Part shown: positions 43,547-51,863 of the stretch, one piece after another
Position numbering within the stretch: position 1 is the first letter of the stretch
Layout of the letters: each line of letters starts with the position of its first letter
Assembly (NCBI GenBank): GCA_965199855.1
Contig: OZ241326.1
Coordinates: 352,001 to 416,000, forward strand
DNA from: a bacterium
GTDB lineage: Bacteria; UBA8248
DNA: 64,000 nucleotides
Direction: 5' to 3'
Notes under the pieces: generated by a model
Database searches by the model: none
The model's input: the letters and a program-made list of their open reading frames with translations, nothing else
What the model was told of the DNA's origin: nothing
Translations under genes and position numbers: made by a program

Positions 43547-44101
43547 ATGACGCGCCGGCGGGACGCGATGCGGCAGGGCGGGCTGTTCCGGGAAGGCGGA
43601 GAGGCGCTCCGGGAGGACGCCGCGCGCTGGCTGGCGAGGGTGCGCGCGGAGTTTCGCGTTTTCGTCTCGGAGGCGGGCGTCTCGGAAATCAGGATGCTGA
43701 ACGGCGTGGAGAAGCCCCGGGCGGCGCCGCGCGCGCGGGGAGAATCGTCGCCGCTCATCCGCCGGGCCGTCAGGCAGATAGAAGAATACCTGGAGGGGGC
43801 GCGGACGCGCTTCGACCTCAGGACGGACCTCTCCTCCCTCACGCCGTTCACGGCGAGGGTTTTGCGGGAGACGGAGAAGATTCCCTACGGGCGGACGCGC
43901 TCCTACGGATGGGTGGCGAAGCGGATCGGCGCTCCCAGGGCCGCGCGCGCCGTCGGTCAGGCGCTGCATGGAAATCCCGCGCCGCTCGTCATACCCTGAC
44001 ACCGCGTCATCGCGGGCTCGGGCGAGCTCGGCGGCTTCGCCAGCGGCCTCTCGCTGAAGGCGGCGCTCCTCGCCCACGAGAGGCGCCGCCGGGCCCGATG
44101 A
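43547..44101 (+). CDS. ogt: Methylated-DNA--protein-cysteine methyltransferase, selenocysteine form (UGA at 43997-43999)
   Basis: IPYG.[47 protein letters not shown]. The reading frame continues with the canonical Ogt C-terminus to TGA 44101. Confidence 0.88.
44013..44030 (+). promoter_or_regulatory. Putative bacterial SECIS hairpin
   Basis: CGGGCTC-GGGC-GAGCTCG; G-initiated loop ~20 nt after the UGA. Confidence 0.65.
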
Positions 44102-44140
44102 CGCGCGCCCGCGCTTAGCGAACGCGCAGGAGGAGGGAGC

Positions 44141-44722
44141 ATGTCCGAACGCATGAGCGAGTTTATCGGCCAGGTGCGCGAGATCGCGCGCGCGGGAGGC
44201 TCCGAGGGGGAAATCACCGCCCGGGTGGCGGCGCGCCTCGAGCCGATTCTCGAGGAGCCGCGCCTGCTGAGCGAGGAGCAGCTGCTGGTGAAGAGCCGCG
44301 GCTTCACGCTCAACCGGATTCACGTCGAGCCGGACGAGAGCTTCTCCGTCGGCGCAGGGATATGGGACGTGGGTCAGACCACCCCGATTCACGATCACGG
44401 CACCTGGGGGGTGATAGGCATCTACCGCGGGGTGGAGAGCGAGGAGAGCTTCCTGCGCGAGGGCGCGCGCGAGAGCGGCGCCCGCGTCCGACTCACCCCG
44501 AAGGGGAGGCGCCTGGCCGGGCCCGGCGAGGTGTTCGTCTGCTGCTCGCGGGATGAGGACGCGCACCGCGTCAGCTGCGCCTCGGCGGAGCCCGTGGTGG
44601 GAATCCACGTCTATGGCGGGAATCTCGCCAACATCCCGCGCTTCAGGTATGACGAGGAGACCGGCGAGGCGCGGCCGTTTCAGACCGGCTGGGACTACGC
44701 GAGGACTTCGGCCGACTCGTAA
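44141..44722 (+). CDS. Cysteine/thiol dioxygenase-family cupin
   Basis: W..GQTTPIHDHGTWG, AHRV, IHVYGG (3-His site). Confidence 0.85.
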   Translation: MSERMSEFIGQVREIARAGGSEGEITARVAARLEPILEEPRLLSEEQLLVKSRGFTLNRIHVEPDESFSVGAGIWDVGQTTPIHDHGTWGVIGIYRGVESEESFLREGARESGARVRLTPKGRRLAGPGEVFVCCSRDEDAHRVSCASAEPVVGIHVYGGNLANIPRFRYDEETGEARPFQTGWDYARTSADS

Positions 44723-44757
44723 AAAGAGGGCGGCTGCGAATCTCCGGCGCGCGCCGC

Positions 44758-45462
44758 CTACCAGGGCATGGGCTTCCGCTCCTGGAAGTAGCCTCCGGTG
44801 GGGCCGTCCTCCGGCAGCAGGGCGAGCCACGCGGGCGTGTCCGCCCCTTCGTCGATGGATTTCGCGGCGCCCCTGCCGCCCATGTCGGTTCTCACCCACC
44901 CCGGATGGCAGCAGTTCACCAGCACCCCGCTTCCGCGGAATTCGTCCGCGAGAATCCGCGTCATCGCGTTCAGCGCGGTCTTGGAGATTCGATACGCGGG
45001 CGAGCCTCCCCCCATGCCGGCGAGGGAGCCCATGCCGCTCGATACGTTCACGATTCTGCCCGCCGCGCTTTTCCTGAGGAGCGGGGCGAGGGTCTGGCAA
45101 AGCATGAGGGGGCCGTAGAGGTTGGTCTCCATCATCTCGCGCATGATCTCGACGGGGACGTCCAGTCCTTTCATCCCCGCGTCCAGGCGGATGGCCGCGT
45201 TGTTGATCAGGATGTCCAGCCGGCCAAATTCCTTGGTCAGGAACTCGCCCAGGGCGTCGATGGCGCGCGGATCGGCCGCGTCCAGAGGATGAAAGGCGAC
45301 CTCCAGCCCCTCTTTTTCCAGCTTCGCCCCGGCGGCTTCGCCCCGGGAGGCGTCGCGCGCCGTCAGGATGACGCGGACGCCCCTCTTCGCCAGCGCGCGG
45401 CATATCCCGAAGCCGATGCCTTTGTTGCCGCCCGTCACGACGGCGATTTTCTCATCGGGCAA
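44758..45462 (-). CDS. SDR oxidoreductase (carbonyl reductase-like)
   Basis: TGGNKGIG, NNA, YRISK, HPGWVRTDMGG. Confidence 0.92.
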   Translation of the reverse strand: MPDEKIAVVTGGNKGIGFGICRALAKRGVRVILTARDASRGEAAGAKLEKEGLEVAFHPLDAADPRAIDALGEFLTKEFGRLDILINNAAIRLDAGMKGLDVPVEIMREMMETNLYGPLMLCQTLAPLLRKSAAGRIVNVSSGMGSLAGMGGGSPAYRISKTALNAMTRILADEFRGSGVLVNCCHPGWVRTDMGGRGAAKSIDEGADTPAWLALLPEDGPTGGYFQERKPMPW

Positions 45463-45582
45463 CTCTCGCCTCCTCTCCTCGGCGCGCGCGCCTTCGGCCG
45501 CCGACCCGTTCGGGCGGGGATTCTGGAATCGCCCCCGCCGGCTATTGTATCATGGCGCGGAATTTTCCCGCGCCCCGCCTGA

Positions 45583-46308
45583 ATGCGAGACGGAAAGAGA
45601 CGATTGGGCCCCATTCACCTGCTCCTCTTCGACGTGGACGGAACGCTGCTCCTGAGCGGCGGGGCGGGCGCGGCGGCGCTGAACGCGGCTTTCGCGCGCC
45701 TCCACGGCGTCCCGAACGCGATGCGCCGCGTTGAGCCGCACGGAAAAACGGACGAGCTCATCGTCCGGGAGATGTTTCGCTCCCGCCTCGGGCGTCCCGG
45801 AAGCGGGCGCGAGGTGGAGGCGCTCCTGCGGGAATACGCGGAGATTCTGCCGGAGACGGTGCGGGAGTCCGGGAACTTTCGCCTGATGCCGGGAATCCCC
45901 GGCCTGCTCGCGCGGCTGGAAGGCCGCGAGGACGTTCTCATGGGGCTGGGGACGGGCAACATCGAGGAGGGCGCGCGGCTCAAGCTCGCGCGCGGCAGGC
46001 TGAACCGGTTTTTCTCGTTCGGCGGCTTCGGCTGCGATTCCGCGGACAGGGCGGAGCTGCTGGAGGCGGGATTCCGGCGCGGCGAGGAGGTGATGAAGAG
46101 GAAGTTTCCGCGCGAGCCGATTCGCCGCTGGGTGATAGGCGACACGCGGCGCGACGTGTCGGCGGGCCGCGCCTGCGGCGCGAGGACGATGGCCGTGGCC
46201 ACCGGCGGCGATTCGCTTTACGGGCTGGCGGAGGCGCGGCCGGATTTTCTTTTCGCCACCCTGGAGGAGAAGGAGAGGTTCTGTGCGATTCTCGACGCCG
46301 GCGGCTAG
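45583..46308 (+). CDS. HAD family hydrolase
   Basis: FDVDGTL, TGN, IGDT..D. Confidence 0.9.
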   Translation: MRDGKRRLGPIHLLLFDVDGTLLLSGGAGAAALNAAFARLHGVPNAMRRVEPHGKTDELIVREMFRSRLGRPGSGREVEALLREYAEILPETVRESGNFRLMPGIPGLLARLEGREDVLMGLGTGNIEEGARLKLARGRLNRFFSFGGFGCDSADRAELLEAGFRRGEEVMKRKFPREPIRRWVIGDTRRDVSAGRACGARTMAVATGGDSLYGLAEARPDFLFATLEEKERFCAILDAGG

Positions 46309-46311
46309 GGG

Positions 46312-46992
46312 ATGAAGGAGTCTTCCCGTCCGGCCGCGCCGGAGGAAGTCGCCCGCGCGTATCGGCGAATCCCCGAATGGACCCGGGACGAGCTCGCCGG
46401 CCTGTCCGCGGCGCAGCTGGACAGAACGGGCGCGGAGGAATGGGCGCGCTGGTCTCCGAGAAGGCAGCTCAGCCACATGGCCTACGTCACGACGCGGTGG
46501 TTCATGGTTCTCTACGGCGCGGCGGGCCTGCCGTGGCGGCCCGTGGACATGAGCCAGTTCGCCTCCTTCATCAACTCGAGGGAGGACGACCGCCGCTTCT
46601 CGGTGGCGCGGTATTCGGATGTGGAGTGGCTGCATCTGCGCTTCGCCGAGGCGTGCGGGGCGGCGGCGGAGCGAATCGAGAACCGGGAGGCGGAGAGCGC
46701 GGAGGCGTCTCTCCTGTTCGTTTTCACGGACGCCTCCGTCGTGGGCGCGACCGGGGAGCGCGCCGTCGATTTGTGGAATCGCTGCGTGAGGCGCCATCCG
46801 GATGGATTCGAGGCCGACCCCGACCACGCCCATGCCTTCCGGCTGACGCCCCTGGCGGCGCTGCGGCACGCGCTCTGGGACGATTTGATTCACCTGCGCT
46901 CCATCCGGCTTCACCGGGAGGCGATGGGCCTCCCGCCCGTCCATCCCGACGCCCCCCCGGGCGGCTACGCCTCCGCCTATCCGGTCTCCTGA
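46312..46992 (+). CDS. DinB/YfiT-like protein
   Basis: WSPRRQLSH...LRHALWDDLIHL (His triad spacing). Confidence 0.7.
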   Translation: MKESSRPAAPEEVARAYRRIPEWTRDELAGLSAAQLDRTGAEEWARWSPRRQLSHMAYVTTRWFMVLYGAAGLPWRPVDMSQFASFINSREDDRRFSVARYSDVEWLHLRFAEACGAAAERIENREAESAEASLLFVFTDASVVGATGERAVDLWNRCVRRHPDGFEADPDHAHAFRLTPLAALRHALWDDLIHLRSIRLHREAMGLPPVHPDAPPGGYASAYPVS

Positions 46993-47495
46993 TGGGAGGC
47001 GGCCGCCCGTCCCGGACGCATCTTCTCTTCTGGCTTTCGTTCGCCTCCTTCGCCCTCGCCGCGCTCGCCCTTCTGTTTTTCTCCGAGCCGCTGTTTCTCC
47101 GCGAAACCGGCGCGAAGGCCTCCCTGACGGCGGAGGCGAGGAAGTGGAGGGGCGCGCCCCGGGCGGCGATCATGAAAAGCGCGGGCGAGGCGCTCGCGCG
47201 GTATCTGGGCGCCTCGAGGCGCGTCAGCCGCGCCGTCGTTCGCGTTTCGGAGGCGACCTCTGATAGATTGTCCATCGAGGTCCGGCTGCCGTGGGCGGAG
47301 GTGAGCGCCAGGAAAAGAAGACAGAGAGCCGGGCTGGCGTGCCGTCTCGGCGCGGATATGCTCGAAGCCGCGGGGGCGAGGGACGCGAGCCTCCTCGTGA
47401 GCCTCCGCCGGACGCGAAAAGACGCGTCGGCCAGCGATCCCGCGGGCGCGATGGCGTATTCCCCGAAAAGCGGGAAATGCGAGTGGAAGGAATAG
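46992..47495 (+). CDS. Membrane-anchored hypothetical protein
   Basis: N-terminal TM helix; start overlaps the upstream stop (TGATG). Confidence 0.6.
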   Translation: MGGGRPSRTHLLFWLSFASFALAALALLFFSEPLFLRETGAKASLTAEARKWRGAPRAAIMKSAGEALARYLGASRRVSRAVVRVSEATSDRLSIEVRLPWAEVSARKRRQRAGLACRLGADMLEAAGARDASLLVSLRRTRKDASASDPAGAMAYSPKSGKCEWKE

Positions 47496-47541
47496 TTCGT
47501 TCGGACGCGCCGGCCGCCCCCCGGGCGGAAAGGAGCGATTC

Positions 47542-48444
47542 ATGGCGCTTGAGACCGTCGCCATCCTCAGCCCGGGAGACATGGGCCACGCGGTGGGCCG
47601 CGCGCTGGGTTCGCATGGGGTGGAGGCGATCTCCTGCCTCTCGAACCGCAGCGAGCGCACGAGGCGTCTGGCCGCCGAAGGGGGCGTGCGCGACTGCCCG
47701 ACGATGGCGGAGACGCTCGAGCGCGCGGACGTGGTTTTGTCCATCGTGCCGCCGGGCCTGGCCGTCCGGGCGGCGGAAGAGGCGGCCGGAGCCATGAGGG
47801 CTTCGGGCTTTCACCCGCCCTACGCGGACTGCAACGCCGTCTCGCCGGAGACGGCGCGCGCCATCGCGCGGAGAATTTCGGACGCCGGGGCGGACTTCGT
47901 CGACGGGGGCATCCTGGGGCCTCCGCCGGGCGCGGGGCGGAGCGCGACCAGGCTCTACTTCAGCGGGGAGCGCGCGGGGCTGCTCTCGGAGCTGGACGGC
48001 AAGGGCGTCGCCGTTCGCCTGCTCGGGGAGGAGATCGGCCGCGCCTCCGGCCTCAAGATGTGCTACGCCGCCCTCACGAAGGGAACCCACGCCCTTCAGA
48101 CCGCCGTCCTGACCCTGGCGGAGGCGCTCGGCCTGGGCGAGGAGGCGTGCCGCGAGTTCCGGGAGAGCCAGGAGGCTTCCTGGGGGCAGATGGCCGCGAG
48201 CGCCCCGCGCCTTCCCGTCGTGGCGTGGCGCTACGTGGACGAGATGCGGCAGATCGCGCGGACGTTCGAGGCGGCGGGCGTCACCCCGATGTTTCACCGC
48301 GGCGCGGCGGAGGTGTACTCCCATCTCGCGGCGACGCCCCTGGCGGAGCAGACGCCGGAGGCGATGGACGGGAGCCTCTCGCCGCGGCGGGCGGCCGCCG
48401 CGTATGCGGAGCGCCTGCCGATGAAGACGGAGGAGGGCGGATGA
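47542..48444 (+). CDS. NAD(P)-dependent oxidoreductase, 6PGD/beta-hydroxyacid dehydrogenase-like (DUF1932 type)
   Basis: SPGDMG, DCNAVSP, VDGGILG, ASGLKMCYA..TKG, AWRYVDEM. Confidence 0.85.
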   Translation: MALETVAILSPGDMGHAVGRALGSHGVEAISCLSNRSERTRRLAAEGGVRDCPTMAETLERADVVLSIVPPGLAVRAAEEAAGAMRASGFHPPYADCNAVSPETARAIARRISDAGADFVDGGILGPPPGAGRSATRLYFSGERAGLLSELDGKGVAVRLLGEEIGRASGLKMCYAALTKGTHALQTAVLTLAEALGLGEEACREFRESQEASWGQMAASAPRLPVVAWRYVDEMRQIARTFEAAGVTPMFHRGAAEVYSHLAATPLAEQTPEAMDGSLSPRRAAAAYAERLPMKTEEGG

Positions 48445-49130
48445 TTCGGGGAGGCGAGGCGGGGGACGACCTTTCCGCCCCGGGGCTTCGCGCATTCCCG
48501 GAATATGAAAGCCTGGCGGATTCGTTTCGGGCGGAGACCGAAGGGTTGCCCGAGGCGCTGTGGGAGTGGAGGCTGCCGGAGAAGAGCTGGGGCGCCTGGT
48601 CGATAAGGGAGCAGGTGAGCCACGCGGCGTGGATACCCTATCTTTTCTTCCTGGAGTTCTGGCCGCCCGTTCTGTATCCGGACGCCCTGCCGCGCGACAA
48701 ATCCCTGGCGGATACGGGCGGGGCGGACAGGATGCTCGACCCCGCGCGGTTCCCTGGAGCGTCCGCCGCGCTCGCCGCCCTGGATGACGCATGCGCCCTG
48801 TGCCGGGAGATTCTCTCGAACGAGACGCTGGCGACGCTGAGAGAGAAGGAACTGCCCAGGAAATACTCCCCGGAGAGGAAGTGGGCGAACGGCGAGCGGG
48901 TGATGGACTATCTTCAAAATCTCGTTTTGCCCGCCCACGAGCGGGGCTTTCGCAGGGACGAGGACGATCCGCATCTTTACTACCAGACGCTCGAATGCTC
49001 GTTTCGCCACATCCTCTGGGAGGCGCATGTCCACTTGATCACCATTCAGGAGTTCAAGCGGGTCAAGGGGCTGCCGGTCCGCGCCAGCGTCCCCAGAGAC
49101 GGATACGCCGCGCGGCTCGCATGGGAGTAG
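48441..49130 (+). CDS. DinB/YfiT-like protein, paralog of 46312..46992
   Basis: WSIREQVSH...FRHILWEAHVHL; ATGA coupling to the upstream gene. Confidence 0.7.
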   Translation: MIRGGEAGDDLSAPGLRAFPEYESLADSFRAETEGLPEALWEWRLPEKSWGAWSIREQVSHAAWIPYLFFLEFWPPVLYPDALPRDKSLADTGGADRMLDPARFPGASAALAALDDACALCREILSNETLATLREKELPRKYSPERKWANGERVMDYLQNLVLPAHERGFRRDEDDPHLYYQTLECSFRHILWEAHVHLITIQEFKRVKGLPVRASVPRDGYAARLAWE

Positions 49131-49407
49131 AGGCGCCCGCTTCCTTGGGCGGGGCTTTCGCCGCCCTGAGACTCAAACCCTCGCCTGGTCGAAGCGGGAG
49201 AGCGCTCATGGAGGCTCCTCCACGGGGAATCGGCGCGTTGCGGGAGTATTTCTTGCGGCGAGGATATCGGCCGGGCGTCCGCGTCGCCCGGTCGTGGTCG
49301 GCAGGACGGGCCGGTGGCGGATCGCCCGCCGGGTCGGGCCGCGCGAATCGCGCGCGGCGGGGCGCCTGATGCGGAGCGTTTTCGGAACGGGGTTCCAGGG
49401 CCAGGGG

Positions 49408-50187
49408 TCAGGCGTCGGACCGGGGATATACCTCGATGCAGGGAAACACCTTTTCCGCGTTTTCCTTGAGTCCGAAGAATACGGGGCCTTCGGCCTTGCG
49501 GCCGTCCGCGAGCCGCCGCAGGTCGAGGGCGCGGCCGTCCGGGTGATGCGCGCCGCCGCCCACCTCGCTCAATACCGCCAGGGGGCCGAGGATGTCCCAT
49601 ATCCGGGGCCCGTCCACCAGCGCCGCGATGACGCCCCCGGCGGCCGCGTAGGCCACGTGCGCGGAGGCGCTTCCGTAGGCGGCGGACTTTCCCGGGTAGT
49701 CCAGCCTGTAGAAGCGCTTTCGGGAGGAGGGGCCGAGCATCACGGTCTGGTTGGTGATCTCCATCTCCTCCAGGGGCGGAAGCGCCCGCCCGCTTCGCGT
49801 GGCGCCCTCGCCTTCGAGGGCGAGGAACATCTCGTCCGCCACGGGCATGTAGAACCCCCCGGCGAGGGGCCTCCCCTCCTCCATGACGCCCAGGGAGACG
49901 CCCCAGACGGGCAGACCGTTCAGAAACGGGTTCGTTCCGTCGATGGGGTCGACCGCCCAGAGGCGCGAGCCTTCGCGGGAGGGCGCCTCTCCGCCCCCGA
50001 GCTCCTCTCCGATGACGCCGTCGTCTGGAAATGACGCTCTCAGGCGGGAGACGATGAATTTCTCCACCTCGAAGTCGGCCTCGCTCACCAGGCTCCTGTC
50101 CTGCTTCCGGACGCCCTTGGCGCCGTCCGCGAACGAGAGGGCCAGCCTGCCGGCCTCCCGAAGGGTTTTTTCGATGAAGTCGATCAC
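49408..50187 (-). CDS. Inositol monophosphatase family protein
   Basis: VSEAD, GEE, VDPIDGT, WD. Confidence 0.9.
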   Translation of the reverse strand: MIDFIEKTLREAGRLALSFADGAKGVRKQDRSLVSEADFEVEKFIVSRLRASFPDDGVIGEELGGGEAPSREGSRLWAVDPIDGTNPFLNGLPVWGVSLGVMEEGRPLAGGFYMPVADEMFLALEGEGATRSGRALPPLEEMEITNQTVMLGPSSRKRFYRLDYPGKSAAYGSASAHVAYAAAGGVIAALVDGPRIWDILGPLAVLSEVGGGAHHPDGRALDLRRLADGRKAEGPVFFGLKENAEKVFPCIEVYPRSDA

Positions 50188-50341
50188 GGGTGCGCCTCGG
50201 GCTCCGGCGGGGCTGAGCGTCTGTAAATCGTTCGGAAATCAGCCTATCTTGCGGCGGGAGAAGTTTCCAGCCGCCCGGGGGAAGCCGCCCGGCGGACGCG
50301 CCGGGGCGTTCGCTTCGCCCTGATCGGGACGGGACGCGCGC

Positions 50342-51733
50342 ATGGCTCGCTCGCGGGCGAAGGCCGCCGGAAAATACGACTACACGAAGGGCTCCATCGG
50401 GCGCGGGCTGCTTCGCCTGGCCGCTCCCTCGTGCCTGGAGCCGATAGCCTGGAACGCCGACACGCTGGTCGAGATTTTCTGGGTGGGGCGGCTGGGGCCG
50501 GAATATCTGGCCGCCGTTTCCCTGAGCTTCATGATCATCTTCTTTTTTCGCGCGGTCGGCTTCGGCATACGAATCGCGGGAAGCGCCCTGGTCGCCCAGA
50601 GGGTCGGGGCGGGGGACGCCGGTCGGGCGAGCCGCGCGGCGGGCCAGGCGCTCCTGTTGGCGGGGGCGTATTACGTCCTCATCAGCGCGCTGGGCTGGCT
50701 CTGCGCCCCGCATCTGCTCGGTCTTCTCACCCCGGACGCCGTCGTCGCGCGCGTGGGAGCGGACTATCTGCGGGCCTCGTTTCTCGCCTTCGCGTTCGTG
50801 GACGGAATCTTCACGGCGTCGCATCAGCTGAAGGCGGCCGGCGAACCCGGAAAGTCCCTGATCGCCCTCGGAGTTTCGACGCTGGCGGCGGTCGCCCTCA
50901 TCCCGCTCCTCGTTTTCGGCCCGGGGCCGCTTCCCGCGCTGGGGCTGCCCGGGGCGGCCTTCGGCATCGGCGCGGGCCGCGCGATCGGGCTTTGCGTCGC
51001 CTTGTGGATTCTGGCCTCGGGGCGCTCCCGCCTCCGCGTCGGGTGGGCGCACCTCAGGCCCCATCCGCCGACGATTCGGCGCATCGCTTCGCTGGGCTGG
51101 CCCGCGGCGGCGCAGAACATGATCGAGCGCGGCGCCCTTCTCGTCCTGCTGAAGCTGCTCGCGCTGTTCGGGCCGGTGGCGCTGGCCGCGTGGTCGATCG
51201 GGAACCGGCTGGGGACGGTCTCCCGCCTGCCGGGCTTCGGCGTCCAGTCCGCCGTGCGGACGATGGTGGGCCAGAACGTGGGCGCCGGCCTCCCGGAGCG
51301 GGCGCGAAGAAGCGTTCACCTCGCCATGGCCGGCCTGTGCGTCGTCATGTGCGGGGTTACGCTTCTCCTGTATTTCTACGCCGAGGAAATTGTTTTACTC
51401 TTCGGAATGCGGGGCGAGGGAATCGGCGTCGGCGCCGCCTGCGTCCGCATTCTCTCGGTCGGGACGCTGTTCGAGGCCGTCAGGCGGATGCTCGCGGGCG
51501 CGTTTCAGGGAGCGGCGAACACGAAGCCCCCGATGATCGTGGAGGCCTTCACCAGGTGGGGCCTCCAGCTGCCGCTCGCGTATTTCGCCGCCCTGCCCCT
51601 GGGATACGGCGCCGCCGGCGTGTGGGGGGCGATGACGATGAGTCACCTGGCGGGCGGCGCGTGCCTGCTCGTCTGGTTCCTCCTCTGGAGCCGCAGAAAG
51701 GGAATCGGCTCGCACGCGGAGGCGAGGCGCTGA
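50342..51733 (+). CDS. MATE family efflux transporter
   Basis: ~12 TM; D..WVGRLG...LAAV, GQNVGA. Confidence 0.9.
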   Translation: MARSRAKAAGKYDYTKGSIGRGLLRLAAPSCLEPIAWNADTLVEIFWVGRLGPEYLAAVSLSFMIIFFFRAVGFGIRIAGSALVAQRVGAGDAGRASRAAGQALLLAGAYYVLISALGWLCAPHLLGLLTPDAVVARVGADYLRASFLAFAFVDGIFTASHQLKAAGEPGKSLIALGVSTLAAVALIPLLVFGPGPLPALGLPGAAFGIGAGRAIGLCVALWILASGRSRLRVGWAHLRPHPPTIRRIASLGWPAAAQNMIERGALLVLLKLLALFGPVALAAWSIGNRLGTVSRLPGFGVQSAVRTMVGQNVGAGLPERARRSVHLAMAGLCVVMCGVTLLLYFYAEEIVLLFGMRGEGIGVGAACVRILSVGTLFEAVRRMLAGAFQGAANTKPPMIVEAFTRWGLQLPLAYFAALPLGYGAAGVWGAMTMSHLAGGACLLVWFLLWSRRKGIGSHAEARR

Positions 51734-51863
51734 CGGACGGGGGAGGCGAAAGAGCGGAAAGCCGTGCTTCCCGCGCGCGGGCAGAGAGGCCGGCCCGCCG
51801 CGCCCGTCCGGATCGCTTCGGCGCGGGCTCGCGGCCCCGAAAGACGCGAAAGCGGGAGATTCC

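Noticed and set aside
40171-44101. Pseudogenes or a genome-wide UGA reassignment
   Set aside because: Many ordinary genes here end in TGA (dnaA, recF, parA, parB). The two internal TGAs fall exactly on Cys-equivalent catalytic positions with SECIS-like hairpins, which favours Sec.
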